Assembly (NCBI GenBank): GCA_031266345.1 | Contig: JAISBD010000009.1 | Coordinates: forward strand, 3,510 to 67,509 | Origin: Puniceicoccales bacterium | Lineage (GTDB): Bacteria; Verrucomicrobiota; Verrucomicrobiia; Opitutales; JAIRKQ01 | DNA: 64,000 nucleotides | Reading direction: 5' to 3' | Shown: positions 56,090 through 64,000 of the stretch, in pieces | How the letters are laid out: every line of letters begins with the position of its first letter | Position numbering within the stretch: the first letter of the stretch is position 1 | Notes under the pieces: model-generated | Databases searched by the model: none | What the model was told of the DNA's origin: nothing | Seen by the model: only the letters and a program-made list of their open reading frames with translations | Program-made: the position numbers and the translations under genes

Positions 56090-57934
56090 ATGTGTGGTAT
56101 CATCGGCTACGTTGGTAATAAGAGCGCTGTGCAAATTTTACTTGATGGTTTAATTCGTTTGGAGTATCGGGGTTACGATTCAGCGGGTATTGCGACCCTA
56201 GCCGATTCGCAGTTCCACGTGCTGCGCAGGGTTGGTCGCGTGGAGAGCCTAATAAATGCCGCCGGCGAAGCTGATATGGCGGGCCATGTGGGGATCGGCC
56301 ATACCCGGTGGGCGACCCACGGCGTAGTATCGGAGAAGAATGCGCATCCCCATCAAAGCTTCCACGGTTTATTTAGCATTACCCACAATGGGGTGGTCGA
56401 AAACTATGAGAGCATAAAAGAGTTCCTCCTAGCGCGGGGGTTCACCTTTGAATCCGAGACGGATTCGGAGATTTTGGCCAACCTCATCGAATATCACTTT
56501 AATAAGGAAACGGATTCGGAGAATAGATTTCTAAAAAGCGTGCAGAAAGCCCTGTTTCACGTGCGGGGGACCTATGGTCTTGCCATTTTATGCAGGGATT
56601 GCGCCGATGAGATGGTGGTGGCGCGAAAAAGCTCGCCCCTGCTGATTGGGGTCGGCGAGGGGGAGATGTTTGTCGCGAGCGACGTTTCCGCCATTGCTCG
56701 ATATACGCACGATATCGTGTACCTCAACGACGGGGAAATCGCGCGTCTGACGCCAGCAGATTTCTCCATAACAACCCTGCGCAATGAAAGTGTGGATGTT
56801 GTGAAATGCGAGCTGGACTGGCAAATCGAGGACGCGGACAGGAGCGGCTATGAGCACTATATGCTGAAGGAAATTTTTGAGCAGCCGCGAGCCTTGGAAA
56901 ATGCCATGCGCGGGCGATTTTCGGACGACCTCAGCACGGCCAGATTCGGTGGACTGAGGATGACCATTCGCGAGCTCAGACAGGTCGATAGGATACTATT
57001 TTGCGCCTGCGGGACGGCGTGGATAGCCTGCTTGGTGGCCGAATACTTGATAGAGAAGTACGCCCGAATCCCCGTGGAGGTTGAGTACGCTTCGGAGTTC
57101 AGGTACAAGAATTCGCCCCTGGATAAAAACACACTGGTTTTTGTGATCAGCCAGTCCGGCGAGACCCTCGACACCATGGCAGCGCTGCAGGAGGCTAAGC
57201 GCAAGGGATTTCGCACATTGGCCATCACCAACGTTGTGGGCTCAACCATAGCACGGGAATCGGATGGCGGGATTTATCAGCATTCCGGGCCGGAAATCGG
57301 CGTGGCGTCAACCAAGGCATTCACCGCACAAATCTGCGTCGCGGCGATGTTGGCGCTCTACCTCGGGCGCATACGGGACATGTCCTTTGAAGAGGGGGTT
57401 CTCTTCGTGCAAGCTCTCCACGACTTGCCAAATGTTGTTGAGCGCGTTCTAGCGCAAAAAGATAGCATCGAAAAGATTGCCGAAAAATACGCTCACCACA
57501 ACGACATGCTTTTTCTCGGCCGCCAGGAGATGTTTCCCATAGCTCTGGAGGGTGCTCTCAAATTGAAGGAGATTTCCTACATGCATTCCGAGGGCTATCC
57601 TGCGGCGGAAATGAAGCACGGCCCCATCGCACTCGTATCGGAGAAGTGCCCCTGCTTTTTTTTGGCCCCTCAGAGGAGTATTTTGCAAAAAAACATCGCC
57701 AACATACAGGAGGTGCGTTCGCGCCGTGCAAAAGTTATTGCGGTTGCAACGGTTGGCAGTGAATTGGGTGAAAAGTTTGTCGATGACCTGATCCCCATCC
57801 CCGAGGTGCACCCCGCTCTGCAGCCCATCGTCGCAACTATCCCCGTTCAATTATTCGCCTATTACGTTGCCAAATTCCGCGGCTGCGACATCGATAAGCC
57901 CAGAAACTTAGCAAAATCCGTCACCGTAGAATGA
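56090..57934 (+). CDS. glmS: glutamine--fructose-6-phosphate aminotransferase
   Basis: MCGIIGYVG N-terminal nucleophile Cys, two SIS domains, and a C-terminal ...PRNLAKSVTVE. The track start (GTG at 56084, MNMCG) is rejected because Cys must be residue 2. Confidence 0.96.
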   Translation: MCGIIGYVGNKSAVQILLDGLIRLEYRGYDSAGIATLADSQFHVLRRVGRVESLINAAGEADMAGHVGIGHTRWATHGVVSEKNAHPHQSFHGLFSITHNGVVENYESIKEFLLARGFTFESETDSEILANLIEYHFNKETDSENRFLKSVQKALFHVRGTYGLAILCRDCADEMVVARKSSPLLIGVGEGEMFVASDVSAIARYTHDIVYLNDGEIARLTPADFSITTLRNESVDVVKCELDWQIEDADRSGYEHYMLKEIFEQPRALENAMRGRFSDDLSTARFGGLRMTIRELRQVDRILFCACGTAWIACLVAEYLIEKYARIPVEVEYASEFRYKNSPLDKNTLVFVISQSGETLDTMAALQEAKRKGFRTLAITNVVGSTIARESDGGIYQHSGPEIGVASTKAFTAQICVAAMLALYLGRIRDMSFEEGVLFVQALHDLPNVVERVLAQKDSIEKIAEKYAHHNDMLFLGRQEMFPIALEGALKLKEISYMHSEGYPAAEMKHGPIALVSEKCPCFFLAPQRSILQKNIANIQEVRSRRAKVIAVATVGSELGEKFVDDLIPIPEVHPALQPIVATIPVQLFAYYVAKFRGCDIDKPRNLAKSVTVE

Positions 57935-57937
57935 TGC

Positions 57938-60385
57938 GTGAAAGCATTGCTGCAAATTTGTCTAATGTTTTCGGCCGCAACATGTTTATTGGGCGCATTG
58001 GTGGATGATCCGATGTTTAAATATCGCTGCGCGGAGGATGCCTTTCGGAAAGCTGATTACGCTGTCGCGCAAAAATTTTATGAAGAAATTGCCACCGATT
58101 CCCCATCGCTGCAACTAGCAGCGGTGCGTGGGATTATCGACTCCATGCTTTGCCTGGGGCAGTGGGTTAGCGCCGAGCAGTGCGTGGACAGGATTGATTT
58201 TAGCCAGTTCGAAGGGCTTGCCGGCTACGATGATTTGCTGCTGCGGGTATGCTTTATTTTAGTCAAAAATCGGCGCTTTATCAGCGCTGAAAATATCCTC
58301 GCGCGGGTCGATTTTGCTCATCTCCGCAGCGATATGCTTGCCTGGTATCACCTGCTAAATGCTTTAATTTTGCACGATAAGCGAAAATTTGCGGAGTCCG
58401 ATGCCGCACTGGAATTGGCTTACGCCCACGCCCACAGCGATGAGCAGGTGCAGATGATAAATATTTTTACTTTGCAGAACATCGTATCCGAGATCGGTCC
58501 AAACGTGGCCGTCAATGCCCTTGAAAGCCGCCTAAATAGCCAAATTTTGGCATCTAAGAGCGGCGAGCATAGGCTTGCTTTCACAAAGCTTTACGCCCTA
58601 TTTTTGAACGGCTTGGGGAGGCGGGGCGAAGCTTCAGATGCCCTAGAAAAATGTTTGCAACAAATTAACTGCCAAGAAGATATGTGCGCAATAAAAATAT
58701 ATGCGGCCATAGTTTCCCCCGTGCTTTCGCATAGGGGATTGGCGAATGTGAAGCACATCCTGCTCAGCCATTGCAATATCGACACTAAGCTATTAGCATT
58801 CAAGCTATTAATCGGCTCCGTAAAGACGGAAAACGATGCCGCATTGGTGGCTGAATTTTTAGATTCCCTACTTTCTGCGTCGGATTCTGACTTGCTTAAA
58901 CGCTGTGTTTTGCTGGCTAAAATCGCCATTTTTCTGAATGTTGAGCGCCTCGATTTATGCTCAACGGCGGCTTCCGCGTACATTAACCTATTCCCGCCGG
59001 ACAAGTTTTTCGGAGACATTTATGAACTTTTGGCCTACGCTGCATTGGATGGGAAAACCCTGGAGTATCGCAATTCTGCACACTATTTGGGCAAATTGCG
59101 CACCTCTTTGGCGGACAGCAATGTACGGGCCGCCATCACGTTGAAAATTGCGGACGCGTTTTTTTACAATCATGATTTCAAATTGGCCTCCGACATGTAC
59201 GGGGAAGTGTTGAAATTTAACTCGGTCGGAAAATGCGGCCATGCTCTTGTGAATCAGGTACTTAGCGACGTAGCTCTCAATAATTATGAGGAAGCAGCCC
59301 TGCACATCAAATCTGCGAATGGTGGGATCTGTGAAAAATTGGATGGGATTGTCGCATATCTCGAAGCGTTAAAAAATCGTAAAATGTTTAGCGAAGCTCT
59401 GAAATACCTTGATTCTTTGCGGCTAGAAAATGCACCAAACTTGACCAAATATACCCTAGCCGTGCTTAGGGCGGAGATCCTGTTTAAAAAAGGGCAATGT
59501 GCGCAAGCCCTGGCTTCGCTGTCTAAAATTTGCGCCGAATTATCCCGTAAAATCAATGCAAAAGAGTATGGCAGCATATATTGCAAATCCCTGTTTTTCA
59601 AGGGGTGTGCGGCATATAAGCTAAGGGACTGCAAAGCGGCCGGTGAGGCATTTGAAACTTTGCGCGCCAATTTCCCCAATACAAAATATTTCTCCCTGTC
59701 TCTTTTTAGGGAAGCTAAATTTCTCCACAAATCAGGCGACACGGCGAAAGCTATCTCCGCCTTGGAAGCGTGCGTGGATGAAAAGTATCTTCCCCATGCC
59801 ACTTACAGAGTCGCTCTGCTCAAGTTTCATTCCGGATTGATTGAGGAATCGAACGGGTTGCTGGAGAAGATAATTCGCGACTATCCGGAGCAGGACATTG
59901 CGACGGCGGCGCGCATCGCCCAGGGAGATATCCTGCGAGCGATGGGCGACTTTGCCAACGCTCAACTCATCTATGAACACGGGGCGAATTTTGTCTCTAA
60001 CATGCGTGATATAAATTACTTATCCCTCGCACAGGCAAAATGTTTAATTGCCCAAAAAAATCGCAGCAGCCAGCACTTGGATAAAGCCATAGGCATACTT
60101 GAAAACCTGTATGCCAATCCGAGCCAAAGCGTCAGCTTTCGTTTGGAGTGTGCGGCGGAATATTGCCTAGCATTGAAGTTGCAGGGGAGCTGGGAAAAAT
60201 TAAAGAATTTTGCCTTGGACATCCTGGCGAATGTGGATGATTCCGGGGTTCAATTGACAAAAAAAGCTCGCCATTGGCTATTTCAAATTTTATCTATTTT
60301 GCATGACTCGGTGCAAAATTTTCAGGGTGATGGGGAGGTCATTGAAGCAATTTTTAGGAAACAAAACATGGGGGCCGATGATTAG
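57938..60385 (+). CDS. TPR-repeat protein with N-terminal signal-like sequence
   Basis: 815 aa. N-terminus MKALLQICLMFSAATCLLGA. Repeated A-x-x-x-Y/F...A...G 34-aa helical patterns run throughout. Confidence 0.7.
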   Translation: MKALLQICLMFSAATCLLGALVDDPMFKYRCAEDAFRKADYAVAQKFYEEIATDSPSLQLAAVRGIIDSMLCLGQWVSAEQCVDRIDFSQFEGLAGYDDLLLRVCFILVKNRRFISAENILARVDFAHLRSDMLAWYHLLNALILHDKRKFAESDAALELAYAHAHSDEQVQMINIFTLQNIVSEIGPNVAVNALESRLNSQILASKSGEHRLAFTKLYALFLNGLGRRGEASDALEKCLQQINCQEDMCAIKIYAAIVSPVLSHRGLANVKHILLSHCNIDTKLLAFKLLIGSVKTENDAALVAEFLDSLLSASDSDLLKRCVLLAKIAIFLNVERLDLCSTAASAYINLFPPDKFFGDIYELLAYAALDGKTLEYRNSAHYLGKLRTSLADSNVRAAITLKIADAFFYNHDFKLASDMYGEVLKFNSVGKCGHALVNQVLSDVALNNYEEAALHIKSANGGICEKLDGIVAYLEALKNRKMFSEALKYLDSLRLENAPNLTKYTLAVLRAEILFKKGQCAQALASLSKICAELSRKINAKEYGSIYCKSLFFKGCAAYKLRDCKAAGEAFETLRANFPNTKYFSLSLFREAKFLHKSGDTAKAISALEACVDEKYLPHATYRVALLKFHSGLIEESNGLLEKIIRDYPEQDIATAARIAQGDILRAMGDFANAQLIYEHGANFVSNMRDINYLSLAQAKCLIAQKNRSSQHLDKAIGILENLYANPSQSVSFRLECAAEYCLALKLQGSWEKLKNFALDILANVDDSGVQLTKKARHWLFQILSILHDSVQNFQGDGEVIEAIFRKQNMGADD

Positions 60386-61292
60386 AAAAATATTAATTTT
60401 TCTCATTTGCCTCAATTGCTCAACTCTTTGGGCGGCAGAGAATTCTGCTCGGAATTTCGAGCAAAAATGCGACTACACAACCGCCATCGTGCTCGGGGTC
60501 ACGCAGGGCGTAACGGAGTTTTTACCCATATCCTCCACGGGGCACATGATTCTGGCCAACGAAGTTCTCAGTAAAAAAAATAACGGCACCGATTCCGCCG
60601 ATTATCGGCGGGCGATTAATTCCTACTTTGCCATCATTCAGTGCGGGTCGATCTTGGCGGTAGCTCTGATATTTCGCAGGCGCATCTTGAGCATGTTTTT
60701 TGCCATTTGTGGCCGCAGTGCGGAGGGGGGGCATTTGGTCAAAAATTTGCTAATATCGCTGTGCCCCGCGGCCTTGGCCGGCCTATTTTTGGATGGAATT
60801 CTGCAAAAACTACTGTACAACCCGACCAGCATTGCCTGTGCGCTGATTTTTGGCGCAGGGTTAATTTTTATGGCGGAACGCAAGTATTCCCATGGGCGTA
60901 ATTCATTGAACCTTAGCGAGTTACAAGCACTACCTTGCCTCAAAATTGGACTGTGGCAGTGCCTGGCGCTGGTGCCGGGCATGAGCCGCTCCATGGTGAC
61001 CATCCTCGGCGGCTACTATTGCAAACTAAAACGAAAGGAGGCCGCAGAGTACAGTTTTTTGCTGGGGTTTGCCATGCTATCTTCGGCAACGATATTCAAG
61101 CTGATTAGGGACCGCGGGGTTATATTTGAGTGCCTCGCGGTGCCGACGTTTCTCCTTGGAATTTTTGTGGCATTTATTTTTTCCATTTTATCCATAAAAA
61201 TATTTCTTAACTTCATAAGTACCAAAGGAATGGGCCTATTTGCCTGGTACAGAATTGTGCTCGGATTTTTAATTTTTATCCTATTAAAATAG
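60378..61292 (+). CDS. uppP: undecaprenyl-diphosphate phosphatase (UppP/BacA)
   Basis: GVTQGVTEFLPISSTGHMIL and PGMSRSMVTILGG motifs. The start is taken at ATG 60378 (MIRKILIFL...), which overlaps the TPR gene stop by 8 nt. A signal-like extension of about 30 aa precedes the first conserved motif. Confidence 0.88.
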   Translation: MIRKILIFLICLNCSTLWAAENSARNFEQKCDYTTAIVLGVTQGVTEFLPISSTGHMILANEVLSKKNNGTDSADYRRAINSYFAIIQCGSILAVALIFRRRILSMFFAICGRSAEGGHLVKNLLISLCPAALAGLFLDGILQKLLYNPTSIACALIFGAGLIFMAERKYSHGRNSLNLSELQALPCLKIGLWQCLALVPGMSRSMVTILGGYYCKLKRKEAAEYSFLLGFAMLSSATIFKLIRDRGVIFECLAVPTFLLGIFVAFIFSILSIKIFLNFISTKGMGLFAWYRIVLGFLIFILLK

Positions 61293-62183
61293 GGTGCGCT
61301 GGCTATTAGCACGGAAGTCACGCAAAATTGAATGAAACTCAAGTGCACCCAATAATCCTTCAACTTCACTCGAATTTGGCCGGATCTCGGCGCAGGGCAA
61401 TGAAAAATTGGCAATGTCCTGCAGCTTGATTAGGCGCTGGTTCCGCAACAAAATTTCCCTATTTTCAAGTAAAATTTTTTGAAAGCGTTCCGGTTGAATT
61501 TTCGCAACATTGCCGTAAATATTTTCGATTGAACCGAAGCGGGAAAGCCACTTGACCGCCGTTTTAGGCCCAACTCCAGCGAGCCCATCTATATTGTCGG
61601 CACCATCCCCAACGAGGGAGAGGTAGTCGACAATTTGATGATTTTGCACGCCGAATTTTTCGTAAACACCCGCTTCGTCGAGGAGCTGCCAATCGGAGGG
61701 CTTGCCCGCACCGGCCGGCGGCAGCAATTGAAAAATATTTTCCGATATGCACTGGGCAAAATCTTTGTCCGAGCTCGCAATGTAAGCGCACTCATTATTT
61801 GCGGAAATCTTTCTCGCGCAACTACCTATCAAATCATCGGCCTCGATTCCGCTGCTTGCTTCAACGTAGTAGCCAAGGGCCAGGGCTAATTTTGCCATCC
61901 AGTCCAGTTGAGCAGCCAGTTCGTCGGGCATTTTTTTTCGATTGGCTTTGTATGTGGACAAAATTTCTTTGCGCACAGCGGACCCACCCGTGTCAAAAAA
62001 CACGCAGATGGCATCGGGAGCGTGGCAGGATTCGAGGCGCATTAGCGTGCGCACATAGCCAAAAATCGCATTGGTGTGGAGCCCATCGGAGCGTGTCATT
62101 GTGGGAACGCCGTAAAAACAGCGAAACGCCAGGTTATGCCCATCAACCAATATCCATTTTTTTTTAGTGTTCGTCGCTCTCAT
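61284..62183 (-). CDS. 5'-3' exonuclease (Pol I N-terminal / FEN-like, stand-alone)
   Basis: KKKWILVDGHNLAFRCFYG, a SSDKDFAQC acidic cluster, and the H3TH region GDGADNIDGLAGVGPKTAVKWL. The start is taken at M37 of the track ORF. Confidence 0.85.
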   Translation of the reverse strand: MRATNTKKKWILVDGHNLAFRCFYGVPTMTRSDGLHTNAIFGYVRTLMRLESCHAPDAICVFFDTGGSAVRKEILSTYKANRKKMPDELAAQLDWMAKLALALGYYVEASSGIEADDLIGSCARKISANNECAYIASSDKDFAQCISENIFQLLPPAGAGKPSDWQLLDEAGVYEKFGVQNHQIVDYLSLVGDGADNIDGLAGVGPKTAVKWLSRFGSIENIYGNVAKIQPERFQKILLENREILLRNQRLIKLQDIANFSLPCAEIRPNSSEVEGLLGALEFHSILRDFRANSQRTLF

Positions 62184-62664
62184 TTTTAAATGGAATTTGC
62201 GTTTCGCCACCATAGAATTTTTGCCCCAAGTAATCCGTTTCAGCGCCTCGCTCAACGTCTGCGGTGAAAAATTGCTTCTCCGCTTTCCCATTGCTTTTGG
62301 GCCGCAAATTCAGGCTGGATACGACCCAATATTCCGATTCGGAAAAATTCTTCAAAAACACATTAAAAATTTTTATCTTGTCCAATTCGGAAAAAATTGG
62401 CTTGCTTCGATACCTATCCATCTCGTCGAAGTTTGGCTTAGGGAAGTGATGCTTAGCGCCATATTTCGTTGGGATGAAGAACGCGTCCGTCGCCCGATGC
62501 TGCGATGTCAGGTTGTCGCCCACCACCTTGGTGAAGTGGTTTTCCGCCCCAGCTTTCAGTGCTACCGGCTGCAGGTCAATTTTCACCAAATATCCGATAA
62601 GCAAAAGAGTTGCACACAGCAGAGCGCTTGCAATGAGAAATCTTGAATGAGCATGGGGGGACAT
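62164..62664 (-). CDS. hypothetical membrane-anchored protein (166 aa)
   Basis: N-terminal hydrophobic segment FLIASALLCATLLLIGYLV. No recognisable domain. Confidence 0.5.
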   Translation of the reverse strand: MSPHAHSRFLIASALLCATLLLIGYLVKIDLQPVALKAGAENHFTKVVGDNLTSQHRATDAFFIPTKYGAKHHFPKPNFDEMDRYRSKPIFSELDKIKIFNVFLKNFSESEYWVVSSLNLRPKSNGKAEKQFFTADVERGAETDYLGQKFYGGETQIPFKNESDEH

Positions 62665-62770
62665 ATTTCTAATTCCGGCTGATTTTTTACGAGCCTGCTA
62701 GACTTGATGATTTTATCCCGCCGATGTCAATCGTTTTCAGATCAGGCTCGACAAAATTGGGATGCGGTGA

Positions 62771-64000
62771 ATGAATACTGCCATGCCGTTTCTGCGAAAA
62801 ATTTTCATCAAAACCTATGGTTGCCAAATGAACGCCCACGACTCCGAGCGCCTCGCCGCTATGTTGCGGACTTTTGGCCACGAAATTGTTGATTGTGAAG
62901 ATGATGCCGACGTTTATATTCTGAACACCTGCAGCGTGCGGGAACGGGCCGAAATTAAAGCCGTTGGCAAGTCTAGGTATCTATCTCGCAAAAAATTGCG
63001 CAAAAATAATGCCCTACTTGGCATCGTTGGGTGCATGGCGGAAAACTTGGCGGAAAATTTATTTAAGCTAAATCCGGGCATCGATTTCATCATTGGGCCG
63101 CGCCGTATCAGCGAATTGCCGGCCATCCTGGCAGGTGAAAATGTTGGCCGCGTTGCCCTGCTTGGGGAAGCGCATTCGGAGGACGCTGGGGAATCGGCAC
63201 GCGACTTTTCCTCCGCCAAGATTTGCGCATCCGTGTCGATCATGCAGGGATGCAACATGCGGTGCAGCTATTGCATCGTGCCCAAAACGCGTGGACCAGA
63301 GAGCTATAGGCCGATGGACAGTATCATCGCCGAGTGCGAAACCTTGGTGCAAAATGGCACCAAAGAAATCACATTGCTCGGACAAATCGTAAATAATTAT
63401 GGGCAGGGCGTGCTGGAATATGGGAGCGGGAAAAGCCCATTTGTACAGCTCCTCGAACGCATCGATGACATCGCTGGCCTCGAACGCATAAGGTACATGT
63501 CGCCGCACCCGAAGGGGTTTCGGGAGGATTTGATCGAGGCGCACTCCAGTCTAAGCAAGCTCTGCCCATCCGTGCATCTGCCCATCCAAAGCGGCTCTGA
63601 CCGTGTTTTACGGGCGATGAGGCGGCCATATACGCGTGCCCGCATCCTTTCCATAGTTGAGTCGCTGCGCGCAGCCGTGCCGAACATTGCCCTAACAACG
63701 GACGTAATTGTGGGTTACCCCGGCGAAAGGGAGGAGGATTTTTCGATGACTGTCGATTTGCTCAACGCCGTGAAATTCAACATGGCTTTTGTCTTTAAAT
63801 ACAGCCCGCGGGCGGGGACGCTTTCCGCAAGCTTGCCCGATGATGTGGGTGCCGATGAAAAGGATCGCCGCAATAAAATCTTGCTGGATATGGTGCAAAA
63901 ATGCTCAATTGGACACAATGAAACGATGATTGGGCACGGCGTTGAAGTTTTAGTTGAGGGGCATGCAAAGCGCGGCGAAAACAAGCTTTGCGGGCGAACG
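62771..64000 (+). CDS. miaB: tRNA-2-methylthio-N6-dimethylallyladenosine synthase MiaB (N-terminal 410 codons; continues beyond window end)
   Basis: My own translation gives IKTYGCQMNAHDSERLAAML, ILNTCSVRERAE, the radical-SAM motif GCNMRCSYCIVP, and HLPIQSGSDRVLRAMRR. It is not in the ORF track because no stop codon lies inside the window. Confidence 0.93.
   Translation, partial: MNTAMPFLRKIFIKTYGCQMNAHDSERLAAMLRTFGHEIVDCEDDADVYILNTCSVRERAEIKAVGKSRYLSRKKLRKNNALLGIVGCMAENLAENLFKLNPGIDFIIGPRRISELPAILAGENVGRVALLGEAHSEDAGESARDFSSAKICASVSIMQGCNMRCSYCIVPKTRGPESYRPMDSIIAECETLVQNGTKEITLLGQIVNNYGQGVLEYGSGKSPFVQLLERIDDIAGLERIRYMSPHPKGFREDLIEAHSSLSKLCPSVHLPIQSGSDRVLRAMRRPYTRARILSIVESLRAAVPNIALTTDVIVGYPGEREEDFSMTVDLLNAVKFNMAFVFKYSPRAGTLSASLPDDVGADEKDRRNKILLDMVQKCSIGHNETMIGHGVEVLVEGHAKRGENKLCGRT

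Overview
This is a gene-dense 64-kb stretch of a bacterial chromosome that reads cleanly with the standard genetic code. I can support about 45 protein genes and one tmRNA. I saw no rRNA, tRNA, CRISPR array, transposase or integrase.

Most genes are recognisable housekeeping or anaerobic-metabolism genes:
- clpP, a GT8 glycosyltransferase, trpS, topoisomerase III, holA, ybaB, a DUF502 protein and a MoxR ATPase.
- ogg, then a minus-strand block of gyrA, gyrB, tig, gap, an AdhE-type aldehyde dehydrogenase and an [FeFe]-hydrogenase-family protein.
- An alanine/cation symporter and ssrA.
- A NodT-MFP-RND efflux operon that ends in a sigma54 activator lacking a DNA-binding domain.
- gpmI, an orphan ABC permease, and nrdD preceded by tandem NrdR boxes.
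- An RNR alpha-like gene, an unassigned 1112-aa enzyme-like protein, a RumA-type methyltransferase and a DAACS transporter.
- glmS, a TPR protein, uppP, a 5'-3' exonuclease and miaB.

Two long ORFs run off the window edges and are absent from the supplied ORF track. They are the minus-strand repeat protein at 1-1880 and miaB at 62771-64000.

The parts that housekeeping does not explain are:
1. A 1524-aa protein (13516-18090). It combines about 22 copies of a 29-aa repeat, an HD-type phosphohydrolase motif region and a C-terminal region with ADP-ribosyltransferase-like R/S/QxE spacing. A small partner ORF follows it.
2. A class-I-like ribonucleotide reductase alpha homologue (46765-49869). By my manual alignment it lacks the Cys225 equivalent, the Tyr-Tyr dyad and the C-terminal Cys pair, and it has no nrdB next to it.
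3. A cluster of orphan effector-like proteins at 1-4600.
4. A basic tandem-repeat tail on trigger factor.

Some features are reminiscent of PVC or Chlamydiae-like anaerobes: the DBD-less NtrC-type activator, a long tmRNA tag frame, and repeat or acidic orphan proteins. I cannot establish taxonomy from the sequence alone.
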